The position numbers and the translations under genes are program-made. This document shows positions 41,616 through 55,425 of a stretch of DNA of 64,000 bases, piece by piece. Below the pieces are notes generated by a model. The model saw only the letters and a program-made list of their open reading frames with translations. It had not been told where the DNA came from and did no database searches. The DNA comes from Octopus bimaculoides. Taxonomy: Eukaryota. Within the stretch, counting starts at the first letter, position 1; each line of letters starts with the position of its first letter. The stretch lies in contig NC_068993.1 of NCBI RefSeq assembly GCF_001194135.2, positions 3,729,475-3,793,474 of the forward strand, in the 5' to 3' direction.

Positions 41616-43014
41616 AAATTTAAAATTCTTCTTCATCATCAAAGAACTCAATTGTTCTTATAATGTTATAGTTGGAAGAAAATAAACCAACGGTAAGAGG
41701 GATAGAGTATTAATCAATAGCAAATCGAACGTCACATCTGGCCAGTCCTGTAACATATATTTGGGTTGATTCGATCGGTTACAAACTGAAAAGATGCAAA
41801 ATTTTGCCAATAATATTAAAAGACTATATTATTTTATATTAATTCACTGTCACTTGCATACTCTTTCTTCTTTCTCACACCTCTCATTTTTTTTAGTCTC
41901 CACTGTCACCCCCCTGCTACCGCTCATTCTCTATTTCTTTCTCTTATATAATAGAGTCTATTTTTTCATATTTACAAAATCATATTTTCTTATATTTACT
42001 AAATCATATTCAATATTGGCACGTGTTGGCCTATTCACAAAAAAACATGAATAAATGTGTTTGTGATTTCTTCACTTATATTCGAGTTAATAACATGTTT
42101 TTCTTAAAGTCTCAGTGTGCTTTTTCTTTACTTTGTATATAATTTTAAACTACTTTGTTATTGCTTTACAACGTTAAGCTAAATAAGTTAAAATAATGCA
42201 ATGAATTGCGAAGGCAATGGAGAAAAAAATCTGGTAAACATTATCATATTGTATTAGCCATTTTCTACTTTATTGCAGCGGACTTGAGCAAATGTTTTAC
42301 CACATCTTCAATAAACATGAGCAAATCGAGTTATTTCTAGTTCCAATTTCTGACCATTTCGAAGAACTTGACCAATAGCCTACCGAGTGAATACTCTGAA
42401 CAACTAGCATTTGTGCTATTGCTTAAATAGAAAACATTATTGAATCAATCATATAAGCCATTAATTTCCCACGTGTATTTCTCTATAAATTTTGGCTTCG
42501 TGTTAATTATCGCCAATTTTTCCAAAATCTCTCCAATTCATTCTTCCTCTTTATTTATTGTTCAATTCAGAGTGATATCACCCTTTTAATAATAGAAGTT
42601 AGGTTTCTTCAGCCACCCCAACTGCTCGCATTTATCTTTCGCACACATCCTGCTCAATTTTATATCAATGATTTTATAAACTTAACATCGTCACTTTGTA
42701 AAGTTTGTGTTAATACATCTTGCGTAAGAAACACTCACAACTGTTGGAATAATTAAAATTACAGCAGTGGTTAATTGTGGTTAAAAGTGCCAAGCGAGAT
42801 AACTCTTTCATTGTTAATGGATACGCGAAACTTTTTCCAAGAGAAATAAATTCAACAATGGGTTTACTTTCTTAATATTCAAACCTGTCCCCCTCCTAAT
42901 ACTGCTGCTACTACTGCTACTGCAACAATTGTTGTTGCTGCTGTTCAGCTCCAAGTAAAGCTGGGTTGAGAAAATATTTTTACAAGCTTCAACTCTTTGT
43001 TAGCTGAGGTTAAA

Positions 43015-43160
43015 CCTTACAAATTTATCCACAAGGCATTTGTCAGCCAAGGGCTATAATAGAAGACATTAGCTCAAGATGCTGCACATTTGGTTGGAAT
43101 TAAACCAAAATTACTTTGTTTCAAAACGAACTTTTAATCACGCAGTCATGCCTGCACCCA
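43015..43160 (-). mobile_element. Decayed SINE 5' half (family of 9390/56025)
   Basis: ccacaaggcatttgtcagccaagggctataatagaagacattagctcaag parallels the 9440-9480 and 56260-56300 segments. Confidence 0.65.
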
Positions 43161-43194
43161 TAGAGAAATGACTTATTTTGGTTTCCAATTACCT

Positions 43195-43329
43195 CAGCTC
43201 CAGTACTTTGCTGATACTTACTTCATTGAATCCGAAATGGAGAATGGCAAAACCGACCTCAGCAGAATTTGAACTCAGAACCTAAGGGCGGACAAAACTC
43301 TGCAAAGCCCTTTCTCAGCGTGCTAACGA
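43195..43329 (-). mobile_element. Older SINE copy abutting the 43330 copy
   Basis: ccgacctcagcagaatttgaactcagaac and cgtgctaacgatt duplicate motifs of the adjacent copy. Confidence 0.75.
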
Positions 43330-43538
43330 TTCTTTTCTACTCTAAGCACCAGGCCCGAAATGTTAGGGGAGGGGGCCAGTCGATTAGATCGGCCTCAGTA
43401 CGCAACTGGTACTTAATTTATCGACCCCGAAAGGATGAAAAGTAAAGTCGACCTCGGCAGAATTTGAACTCAGAACGTAAAGACAGACGAAATACCGCTA
43501 AGCATTTCTCCAGACGTGCTAGTGATTCAACCAGCTCA
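43330..43538 (-). mobile_element. Full-length tRNA-headed SINE with a Deu/Nin-like core
   Basis: Reverse-complement homolog of the 35524 and 39157 copies, including head and 3' end. Confidence 0.9.
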
Positions 43539-44499
43539 GTACCTTTGAAATTACTTATATTAAAATTTCTTTAGATAATCGGTGTTAATTTGCTAAAGCT
43601 ATCCATGACAGTTGACATTCTAATATATATATTAGAACTTAGATGTCTTTCAAATGCAAGAATAGTGAGGAACAAAGACATTGAAAGTACCTTCAATTGG
43701 GTACCCCACCTCAATATATAGCTCACTCCATCATCACCTCATATAATATATTACTTCGGCAGAATTAAAGAGATAATAATGAATTATCTCCCATCTAACA
43801 TACTCGCAACTAAAGTGACACTTACATACACAAACACTCCTACGAATACACAGACATACAAATACATAGACTGATACACACATAGCCATACATGTCCATA
43901 AGCAGCATTGTTATCCGTTCCTTAATCTAACACATCAACATCTACCTCTGCTGTCAACGTCGACTTCCATGACTTCGAACACTACAACAAACACCACCAC
44001 GACCGCCATCACTATCTTTGAAAACACCACTACCGTAATCGCAACTACGTCCCAAAGACCATTAGGATTGCCAAAACCAACAATACTACAACAGTGACAA
44101 CAACTGCCATTATCAATAATATTACACGACGTCTCAGATGATACCGACGCCATCAAAAGCAACAACAACACTATGAACGGTCAACAGCGCTGCCATCTGA
44201 CCATTCACACTACCACTACCACAAACATAACGCATATGACCGCAACCACTTCCACCAATACCATCGGACCATCCGTACCACCCGTACTACTCATGTCACA
44301 GCTTCTACAAGTAGAACATTTATTACGCAAGGACAAACATAGCCATTGCCAACATTAGCGCCATTACCACAACTAACATCACCACGACCAATACCATCTC
44401 CGCTACTACTACTACTACTAGCATTATTAGTACCACCACCATCGCTACTATTTAGTACTACCGCCATCACTAATTCACTCAATAACACTACAGGCAATG

Positions 44500-44546
44500 C
44501 TGCCGCAGCTGCTGCTGCTGCTGCTGCTGCTTCTGCTACTACAACA

Positions 44547-44586
<40 letters not shown>

Positions 44587-44610
44587 TTACTACTACTACT
44601 ACTACTACTT
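44500..44610. repeat. (GCT)n-(CTA)n microsatellite at the end of a degenerate CAC/CAA-rich low-complexity region (from ~43930)
   Basis: Direct reading. Confidence 0.9.
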
Positions 44611-44992
44611 ATTTTACCACCGGCACTGGCAGGCATGAAACAGAAATCTTCCGCAATTGCCTATTTTAATCGAAGCATCTATTTTATGTTGTGTGACAGA
44701 AATAGCTGGAGGCAGATAGAAGGATGTGTTGGCGGGTAATTGGCTGCAAGTGACAGCTACATCACATACTCTGTGCGTGTGTGTGAGTGTATGCCTACAT
44801 ATAGACATTCATACGTACATACAACATACATACGTACATACGTACATCCGCGCGTACATATATACATACATACATACTTACATACATACATACATACATA
44901 CATACGAGTGCATCTTTTCCCTGACTTCTTGTCTCTTAGACTTAGACGACTCACGCGCGTATATATACAAATATAATTGCATCCATACATGC

Positions 44993-45023
<31 letters not shown>

Positions 45024-47149
45024 GATGCATGCTTACATATATTTCAGTGCGCGTGTGTGTGCACATGTATATGTGTAGATACGAATAGTTTGATCGACAG
45101 CGGAGAAGGGAGAAAAAAGCAACTGGATAACAAACGAAGGAGGAGGACGGGTAACCAAAAAAAAAAAAATGTATTTGCCAGTAGTGTTTCTTGCAAAAGA
45201 CTTGATGTGATTATTATCGAATCCCATAAATGTTAATTTCTGTCCATAAATTTGAATGCTATTCTGGCTGATTGACTCATTCTCCTTCGAGATTCTACAC
45301 CAAAAAGTAGCAGATTTTTTGAATTAATATAACACCATAACCGTTTCTATACTGCCTTTTGTTTACCGGTCTGTGACCCTAATCGACGTTACACTATACC
45401 GTCTGACGACCATTAACATGCGAGCTAACAGGTATTGCAATGATAACCGAAAGATGAAGAATAAACAAGCAGAAAATTGAATGAAGAATTATATTTAATC
45501 TATATGAGATTGGATGATATGCAATGGGAATATCTTTTTTGCAAGTCTAGTTCCAAAGCTTTAAATATACCTCAGCAATAAAGCAACCTTCATGCTGAGG
45601 TGGGAAAAAGTGCATCCGAGTGTCAATTGTATTATTAATCAAATCCTTTATATTTCGATAATGTCAAATTGAGTTAACTTTCTAAGAAGAGAAATTTTGC
45701 CGGTTATATGATAAGCCAACTTAATTTTTCTTTCAAGTCGTTTTTACCGTTAACTTAGAATTCGCAAAGAATAAAGAATATATCTATTTTTATTGAAACA
45801 AACTTTAGAAATCCTGTACTTATCGCTATTACAATTACGAAAAGTGGCTTCAAAGATCGGAAGTGAGGAGAAATAGAGAGCAACTTTGCAGACCAGAATG
45901 GACTGGAGTAATGGTAATTAATGAATGATAGCACATAAAACTCATGCACATCCATACACACTTACACACGAACATATATAATGGATACATTGTAACTGCT
46001 GTTAGAGGACGAGCGTTCATATACCTCCGAAGATTCAATGCAGTGCTACATCCAGTAATATCAGTCTGTAAAAAGACGTCAAATTAAGTGATATTCCAGT
46101 ATATTTCCCATGGCTGCGATTAAATCACATATGGTTTCCCTTTATTTCATAATAATTCTCAATACATTCAATTAAGATAAATGATTTTGCCATCATTGGG
46201 GATGGTATGCTTATAAAGTACTATTTAAATAAACAAACGTTCGACCACTGATTAGCTGTGAATCAGTAAAAAGTAGTGCATAAATAAGAAAGAAAAATAC
46301 AGTAGCATTATTGATTCTGTACTTCAACTCGAAACTAATCACTTAAATATCAGTATTAAAACTAAGTTTCTATCCGATAATACGTTAGGTATACGGATTA
46401 GTATTTCTATAAGAGTTTGCTATGTCTATAAGAATCAGAATTAAATTAATTAAAATGTACTGTATTTTATGGCATTCAAACCAAATTAATTGAAATCCAT
46501 ACCTCATTAATTCAAAAGAGTACTTGTAATAAGGCTTACTGAAGTAAGTCTACTGATTAATAAATCTTTATGAATATTGAGTATGTGAAGTTGATTAAAA
46601 TCAGAATGAAATTAATTGTAATTTAGTCAATTAATTGAAATCTGTACCAAATTAAGTCGAAAGTGCAATTGTCCTGTAGCCGTTCCGTGATTGGTTCCCT
46701 GACTCGCATGAACCGAATTAGAATTTGACAAAATGAAAAGCTAGTTCTTCAATGTATTTTCGGGGTGTGTTTTTATAAGATAATTAAAGTCAGTATAAGA
46801 TTAGAGACGTATTAAATATCTAGGCAAAAATGTATTAATAGCTAATCATTAGTTCTTAAACTTGAATCTGAATTAAAATGCGTAGAGTTAAATAACTGAT
46901 TGAAACAATGATTAATATTTCAGGATAAAAATCATTTTAAAAAGTACTCTGTTAAGGAGATAATGATAAATAATCAATAAATCCCACAATACAAAAAAGC
47001 TATGAAATTAGGAAAATAAATGATATATGCACACACATACACACACACTCACACATATATATATTATATTATATAGGAAAGAAGAGGTATTCGTAGTGTC
47101 ACGGGACCATAGTCTTCTTTTCGTTTTATCAGCAAAACAGCTTTTGCTG

Positions 47150-47800
47150 TGACTGTCGAGATCCATATGTAAGTGGTGCACCCATCTGCTGTGTTGAAGG
47201 CGTTTTGTTAGAATATCCCTTTCTTCATGATTAATCAACAATATTACGTCCTCTGTCGTTTGAAAATCATTTTCTATTTCTTGTCTATCATGATCGAAAT
47301 TATCGGAAACGCGTCTCATTTGCACTTTTCAAGTCTCATATAAAAACAATTCATGTCGCTCTCGCAAATATCTTTGAAAGTAAGTTAGGACCTTGCGTTT
47401 GATCTCTTGCCGGAAGCCAATTCTCTATCTGTAACAACTTTTGGGATCTTTCCTTATGATATGTGGTGTACGTGGCCCTGCGGATAGGGGGACCGTTGTT
47501 GCAGTGTTATGAAGATTTCAGATATTTGGCGCGAGTCAGAATTTCTTAATTGGTGATACGATCTCACCTTTTGAAGCTCGGAATCATTCACAGGTTTTGC
47601 AGATGGAAGTCATTGAAACACTACTTCTGTCTGGATTAGATGATTCAGGTCTCATTGTTATAGAACAATTTGCTGAGGACACAACTCATGCAAATGATAT
47701 AATTGATGCAGCTAGCATCATTGGTTGCAGTCTTCAAAATTTAGCAAATTATATAAATACGACTGAGAAAAGTCGCACACCCGATGTATGAAGGATCAAC
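47150..47800 (-). mobile_element. Decayed RTE-clade LINE ORF2 3' fragment
   Basis: Joining minus-strand frames gives SCVLSKLFYNNET*II*SRQK*CFNDFHLQNL...DRITN*EILTRA, then GHVHHIS*GKIPKVVTDRELASGKRSNARS*LTFKDICESDM. This matches the RTE C-terminal pattern ACVISTLLYGSETW...FHLR...WQDRVTN.EVL.RA...GHV.RM..GRIPKDILYGELASGKR..GRP.LRYKDVCKRDM. Many stops and frameshifts. Confidence 0.85.
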
Positions 47801-48584
47801 ATTTATACTAAGTTGTGTGCAAATTAAATTATGGTGAACTTAGTTCTGATGCTCAATATATCTGCAATAACTGGGATTAACAATAAAATGTAACTTGTAA
47901 ATAAGAAATACATGTAACCTTCTACAGGGTTCATCATTTATATATAATGTTGCCTCATTAGTATGCCTCTCAATATATTTACTTAGAACACTATATGTAC
48001 GGAAAGGAATACCTATGCATTCGTATATGCATACATATACATACACACACACATACATACAAGTATTTGGTCAGGCCTAGCTCGATTGTGGTGTATAAAT
48101 TTGAACCCTAAATATAAATCATATGAATTTAATTAAGAATCGTTCAGTTGAAGGCAGATCAAAGACTTTAGAATATAAAGTTTCAGTAAATTTAATGGAG
48201 CCCTTTCCAATTCAGATTTATGCAGTTGTAATTAGACAACATTTGGTTGGTTTCTCTTTGCTGTTTTGTTCAACTTGTTTTCATTAATTTTCTATAAACC
48301 CAACATGCTATTATTGCTCAACAATGAAGCAACATACGAGGAATATATGTTTTAAACATAGCAAGACATAACTTCCTCTAATGTGCCCATAAAAAATTGC
48401 ATAATAAAATGTAAAGGAATTAAGATCATATCAGAACATGGATTTGAAGGGCATTAGAATTTTATGTCCTGCATCTCTCGTATTTATAAATGCAATCTCA
48501 GAAACACTTTCCAAATCCGGTATGATCCTTTCCTTCTTTCTCATTCTTTCTACTCCTGCTTTCCTCCTTTTGTCTCACTCGCGC

Positions 48585-48624
<40 letters not shown>

Positions 48625-49511
48625 GTACCCTTTTCCCTGTTCTCATTTCCCCCTTGTGCTATTCCTCTTTTTTTTTTCTCTCTCTTACGATCTTCACGTC
48701 ATGTATAGTTACGATAATAAAGTATTAAATCGACCATAAACTTACTTTTATTCTTGTTTGATCATTACACCGTTAAATGTTTGTTTCAAACGAAAGTGTT
48801 TCATTTCATACTGGAGTAATTCAAATTTTCCGATACTGTTTCCATTCTAGCGCCAGTTATCAGTTCGTAAAGATCTGAAGTCATAGACGACATTCTACAT
48901 ATGGCCATCCCATATTCTCTATTATGACTACGACTACATTCTTAATGCCCACTTGTAAGGCAGTATTGTGCAATCATATCAATTCTTTATCTCTATCAAA
49001 TTTCGCAGTTTGATACTTACTTCGGCAACATATAATTCATTGAATATTTTTTAATATTAGATTACACATAGCCCCCTACGATTCCTTGTATGGATATCTC
49101 CCATTAACACTGATTCACTCATTGAATTTAATAAACTCTCAGAAAATGTTGAGATCTGAATTCACCATTCAATTACTGTACAAAAAATCCAGATGCCTAC
49201 TTTGTGTGATAATGCATGTACAACGTAAGCCGTCTTTTAAATATTTCCCCCTTTGGACGACTCAATCTAAAACCAAGTCTGATATATATCACATTCTACC
49301 AATATAAGAAATTAATACTATTTTTTAGGGGTTGCTTTTTAAAATTTATATCCCTAAGTTTACATATGTGATTTAAAGGCATTCCAGCGGTGACCAGCGC
49401 TTATTTTCGGGGTTTGTTTTAGAAATAATGGATGTAAAATACTAAAGACGATAGTGATATATTTGAAGGAGATTTGACTGAGCAACCAAACCAAGCTACC
49501 ACATAAAGGTT

Positions 49512-49944
49512 CAGCGCTGGATTAACCATTAAGCAAAATAAGCACGTGCATGGAGCATCAAGGGAAGGGGAAGGTACCACATAAATGGTAAATGGTTTAC
49601 AGCACAAAAGAAATCACTGTAAACTTGCTAAAATAATATTCGGGATGCCTTTATCTCTACTAAGATGCAGATGTGTTACATAAGATAAATTTTGAGGATC
49701 TGATCAAAGACTTTCCAATTCAAAAAAGTAGGAGGAATTTTTTCNNNNNNNNNNTTCAAATATAAATAAAGTGGAAACATACAAAAATAAGCATTATTTT
49801 CCCTCTCACATTTTTGTTTCGTTTTGAAAAATAAAAATTTATTTTGTGGTTTGTTATTGTTTATATTTTGAATTACATAATCTTTTATGGAGACAACAAA
49901 ATCTGTTAAGTGCTTAGGCCTCAATGGGTCTTAATCCGGCCCTG
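49512..49944. mobile_element. Non-autonomous hAT element (MITE) with TIRs and 8-bp TSD
   Basis: Left end CAGCGCTGGATTAA versus reverse-complemented right end CAGGGCCGGATTAA (12/14). Flanks TAAAGGTT (49504-49511) and TAAATGTT (49945-49952) match 7/8. Confidence 0.85.
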
Positions 49945-50345
49945 TAAATGTTACATCTAATTCAGTAAATGCAACTTGTGAAATAATGCATTTGCCATAG
50001 ACATTTACTGATGACAATAGACACGAATTTAGAACGTTTCGTCCAAATACTTCAGTGTTAAGACAAACAAGGAAGCGTTCTTTAAGATACAGATTCTTTA
50101 TTTGGGGAATATCAGTTTACTGAAAGACTGATTGTAAGAAACACGTAAGATATGAACATTCTAATGTTCGTCAAATCTAGATTCCGATATGGTTTTAATT
50201 CCATTACAGTTCATTACTATTTTTATGAATACCATAGAATGCTTTCCTATGCTATGCTTGAAAGGTACCTTTTGTTGTTTCATTGTTGGACAATTCTAGC
50301 GAACTGGATTTAAAGAGTGTTACATCGGAGCTTACTATATATACT

Positions 50346-50472
50346 ATGTATGTATGTATGCATGTATGTATGTATGTATGTATGTGTGTATGTAGGTGTT
50401 TATGTATGTATGTATGCATGTATGTATGTATGTGTGTATGTATGTATGTATGTATGTATGTATGTATGTATA
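50346..50472. repeat. (TATG)n microsatellite
   Basis: Direct reading. Confidence 0.95.
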
Positions 50473-51369
50473 CATGTCTCTGTATGTTCCCAAAATTTGG
50501 TGTTGTAGTATTGTTGATTATTATGCGATCAGCTCATTTTTCAGTGGACGTTATAATACGGAAAGCCATATTAAGCGAGGACCAGTCTATAGTTTTCCCA
50601 AGATACTAACAATTATCGGGTTCACATTAACAGATCTGTCGTTTCATAAACGTACAAGTTCTAATTTAAGAGAGTCGTGGCTGCTATTTCTAGTATGTCA
50701 ATCGATTACAGTTTTTCCTATCCATGATGGGAATATTTTTAACAAAACGTCGTTTGTGACTACAGATAATTTTACAGGCAAAATAAATATTTCAACGTAT
50801 ACCGTTTTCAATTATATATCAATGCCAAACGAAGAAAGCGAATTCTATGTCACACACACAAATGTATGTATGTATGTGTATATGTATGTAAGTATGTATG
50901 TATGTACGTTCCTATTTTTAATTCAATTAAGTTAACTTGTCAGTCACCCATTTAGTTCAAATACATCTATTAAATATTATTTTTCTCACTCGGCTACCTT
51001 CAAATTAATCCTCTAAATTGCCAATCTGAATTGCGAATTAAATAAGCTATTACCCTTCCCACTTCTCTGCTATCTTTCTCAATAAAATTTATCAAGAGAT
51101 TCTGTTGTATTGAGAAAGTGTTTTGAAAATACTTCAAATATGACATCGCCTGAAGGCGAGCAATGATTTGCTGCGTTACTGGGAAAATAACCACAGAACG
51201 AGTAAACAATATATGCAGATAGTTTGAAACCAATTATATTCAGTTCAACAGCTATAATAAACTTTAATTGTTTTCGTGCTAAGTGCAAGGTTTAATTGCT
51301 TCTTCACATGTGTATAGTTGACAGTTAGTGAAAGTAGGAATCAAACAGAGAACACGAGCGAAGCTTGCA

Positions 51370-51400
<31 letters not shown>

Positions 51401-52175
51401 GTATACATACATATATATACACACATACAAGTATATTTGTGCATTTACGCGAGCGTTTGTGTGCGTAATTGGCAAAATAATCTAAGGAGTGAGACGGTTT
51501 GCAATGTATGTGTGTATGCGGCTAAATTTTGGAAGCCCATATGCGTACGATTGATAAACATGCGTTTAGCCTCGCAATTTAAATAGACCGTCTGTATTTA
51601 ATACACACTGCTACGCGAGTAACTTGAGGATAGCTTGAGTATTTTCGATTGCTTTGTGCCATCCTTTAAGAAGAGTTTCGACTCGTGTTTTTCCTACATA
51701 TAAAGGAAACATCTACGGTAACGAGTCAGGCTTTTGAAATGGAGTTGAGTAAGAGACGCTGGATATCTTAAGGCTGCATGTTCTTTGTCTATCTCCTTAA
51801 CGTCTTGGAGATTTCAGGTAAAACTACACTAATGTGTCCATCTGTTTTAATTTAATTAAATTCTATGTCTTTGTGCAGCTGAAGATTGCTCTGCATTTAA
51901 ATTGATGTAATGATTGCATTGTTCAATTAAATGGCGTTGCGTGAAACGATCGTACTGCATTACCTCTGGATATCCTTGTTGCTCATTTTGATTTTAATCA
52001 CCTTATTTTGAAATTGCATGGATAATACCGTACTAAATTCTGGTTCCTCAACTTAAGTACCATATTCATCTAAATCTATCTATCTATNNNNNNNNNNATC
52101 TATCTATCTATCTATCTATCTATATATCTATCTATCTATCTATATATATATATATATATATATAAGTATATGTGA

Positions 52176-52428
52176 AGGTGGTTAATGTGTTCCGCTCACG
52201 ATTTCAAGATCGCGGGTTCGATTTTCAGACCGGGCGTTGCGTTCTTGAGCAAAGCACTTCATTTCACGTTGCTTTGCGATCATTTCTTCATCTGACATGT
52301 GGCACCCATTGCACCTGTACAGGTAATGTCGATCTGATGGAGGGAGTGAGCTTATGTAAACACAAACATTTGATCACTATACACAAATCATCTGTGTAGT
52401 TGTTCGTTAAGAAATTGTCGAACCCTCA
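52176..52428 (+). mobile_element. tRNA-headed SINE (third family)
   Basis: Head GGTGGTTAATGTG...GGGTTCGATTTT (A/B-box-like). A homologous fragment lies at 18880-18958 on the opposite strand. Confidence 0.8.
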
Positions 52429-52435
52429 TCATATT

Positions 52436-52480
<45 letters not shown>

Positions 52481-53317
52481 ATAGATACACACATATATTT
52501 GTTCGTGTATATGTGCACACTGACGCGCACACACGTATATATATACATGTGTATCCTCTACGATACATCCTACGTGTTCCAGCAGTATGTGCTATGAGTT
52601 CAGGTAAGTAGAAATGCATATCTGGTTTTCATCTTGCCTAGATCGATTAAGAAATTACCTGCAAAGTACTGAGATCGAAAATTCTATCTTCGCTTAGCCC
52701 TGTCTTCCGTTACTGAAGTAACTCAAGAAGATGCCAAGTTCAACAGCAATAAAATTGTTAGGGAGCCCTTGATGAGTAATTTACCTTCAAAATGGAAAGT
52801 TATTAAGGAAGAGATTATCCGCTTTTCTCCAAAGAAAAGCGTCTATTTTTATGGAACCTCTTATGATCGACTGTTATACTGTTCTGCAGCGAAGCATAGA
52901 GAGAGAAATATGCATACATATGACGTAAAGATTTTCGTTTTCTGAGTATATATAACATAAGTACCTTTCGGAAGTAAGTTTAATAAATGAAATCCGAATA
53001 AATATAGAAATAAACATCAGTAAAGGAAATAAATTCAATCTTCATTTATCAGGAATAAAAATTCATATGTTGAAATGTAGAAATAACGCCATCATCTACC
53101 TATCAGGCAAGAAACTGTATGTATATATGTGTGTAGGTATTTGTTTGTGTATGTGTGTTTGTGTGTTTTTGTGTGTATACATATATGCGCAACACACACA
53201 CACACACACATATAGAGAGATAGAGATACCTAAATAGATACACAGACAGACTGACAGATAGATATACAGACAGAAAAACAGACAGATAACTGGCAAGCTA
53301 GCTGGCTAGCTAGCTAC

Positions 53318-53387
<70 letters not shown>

Positions 53388-53388
53388 G

Positions 53389-53440
<52 letters not shown>
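53318..53440. repeat. (GATA)n microsatellite
   Basis: Direct reading. Confidence 0.95.
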
Positions 53441-53441
<1 letters not shown>

Positions 53442-54226
53442 GATGAGGGAGAAGTAATGAAGAGAAAGTTTTAGATTAGTGAGTGGGCGAGAGAGTTTTA
53501 TTTGTAAATGAACGCTGTGATTTGTGAATCCAAGCATTATTGATTTTATGTAAAATAATGAAAATGGTATAATGGCGTTGAAGGAAAATAGGCGGAAATA
53601 ATCCATAGAAGTATACATAGAACTCTGGGAGGAATCAAAGTGAATTCATTAAGATTCAACAATAATGCTGAAAAGTAAAAATACTGGAATAGATAAGTTT
53701 GTTTTTACAAAGACATTTTCTCAATTTTGTTAATATTTTTATAACTTCAAAATATATATAATCGAATTATATTTATATCTATATATATACACACACATAC
53801 ATTCAGACATATATATACATACATACATACATACATACATACATAAATACATATATGCAGGCCTGTGTGCGTGTATATAGATGTACGTAGGTTTGTTTAT
53901 GGATTAATTTCTCACATTCGATACAAGCTCGACTCGCAAATAGCTTCTGTAGGTATAGCGAGATCATTACAGACGCTTAGTTTTACAATTTTTCTTTGGT
54001 TTCTGGAGAAGAGAGTTCCTATTGCTTAACCAGAACGTCTATTAGTAGAGTGAATTTAATTATATGTCTATCTAACATGAAAGTGTAAACCTACTTATAA
54101 TATATGCAGCTACACACACTCACTGTTTCGTTATTGAAGAAAATAAACGCGCATCATCAAATGATGTAATGGCGAAAAATCTGTAAAGATCCACTAAAAG
54201 CATTTATATGATATTGTCATGGATTA

Positions 54227-54259
<33 letters not shown>

Positions 54260-55180
54260 ACATATATACATATAATGGAGCTAGGTTATTAGCAATTGAA
54301 ACCTAAAGGTTTTGATTACTAATAAACCACCTACATTATTTGTAGTATACGCATCTACCATTTTGAAATAGCACATGCTTTCAACAGGTTTTTTATAAGT
54401 TGACGAAGTGAGTTGAGCTTAACCCTTGTCGCAGTAAGATCCACAGACGAGAATTGCGATGCTAAACATCCCAATTCGAAATCACGTGATATAGGTATAT
54501 CTGTTGCTTCTAATATATATGCATGTATTTCGTTTGAAACAATGAATATATATTTCTCTTTTTTTCTTAAATGTATTCAGTCACAAAATAAATGAATTTT
54601 AAACAGATTCCAGAGAAGGATGTGTTTCCGTTTTCTTTAGTAATGCAGGAATCAAACTATTCTATTTCAGTTTCTCTGCTGCTTTTCTTTGAATAAGAGA
54701 TGAGCGTCCTATTTATTAACTTAACTTAGACATAAGTTTGGATTCTGGAAATCATTTGACTCATAGAAGTAATGTGCTGTGTAGCTGGGTAATCTAGTCG
54801 TTCAAATACATTGCGCACAAACTTGCATAAAGAATTGTCAACACCTAAATGTGTATATTCAGAGACATAACAAAATGTTTACTCTAACATAATATTGTAT
54901 ATTTGTAGACAGATGTGATCTCTATACACCCTAGTCGACAACAAATCCACATTATTCCTGTTTTCTATGACTTCTCCAAAACTCGCTTAATACAAAACTG
55001 ACACGGAATTATGAAATAATAAATATGATATTACAAATGATATAAAACATGTACAACCAAAGTAAACTGCTTACCTCTTTTGTCTTCTGTTTCCATGCTC
55101 TATCGTTGTTCATACAATGTTGTCACAGGATGCAGTATATTCCTCCCAGTATGGTACCTCATTTGTTGTTTCCGCCTTAC

Positions 55181-55211
<31 letters not shown>

Positions 55212-55372
55212 GTGTTTTATCATTTGGTATTCTATCGTCCTTTTTACGATTTTACATTTCTCGATGTCTTCCACCGGGTATATCTGCATTACTTCTATAC
55301 ACATACAAACAACATATTCGCAGTTATATATATATATATCGTTAAGAAAAAGTTGTTTATCTTCCTCTCTGC

Positions 55373-55425
<53 letters not shown>

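Noticed and set aside
47008-47325. 105-aa minus-strand ORF (MQMRRVSDNF...) and the 64-aa plus-strand ORF at 47597
   Set aside because: Both are off-frame or antisense readings of the decayed RTE LINE.
50030-50060. Minus-strand CTGAAGTA...GGAC-GAAACGTT as a hammerhead
   Set aside because: The 5' arm of stem II is absent and stem I does not pair.
50396-50935. 179-aa ORF
   Set aside because: The first third is (TATG)n, and the rest has no recognisable domain or donor site.
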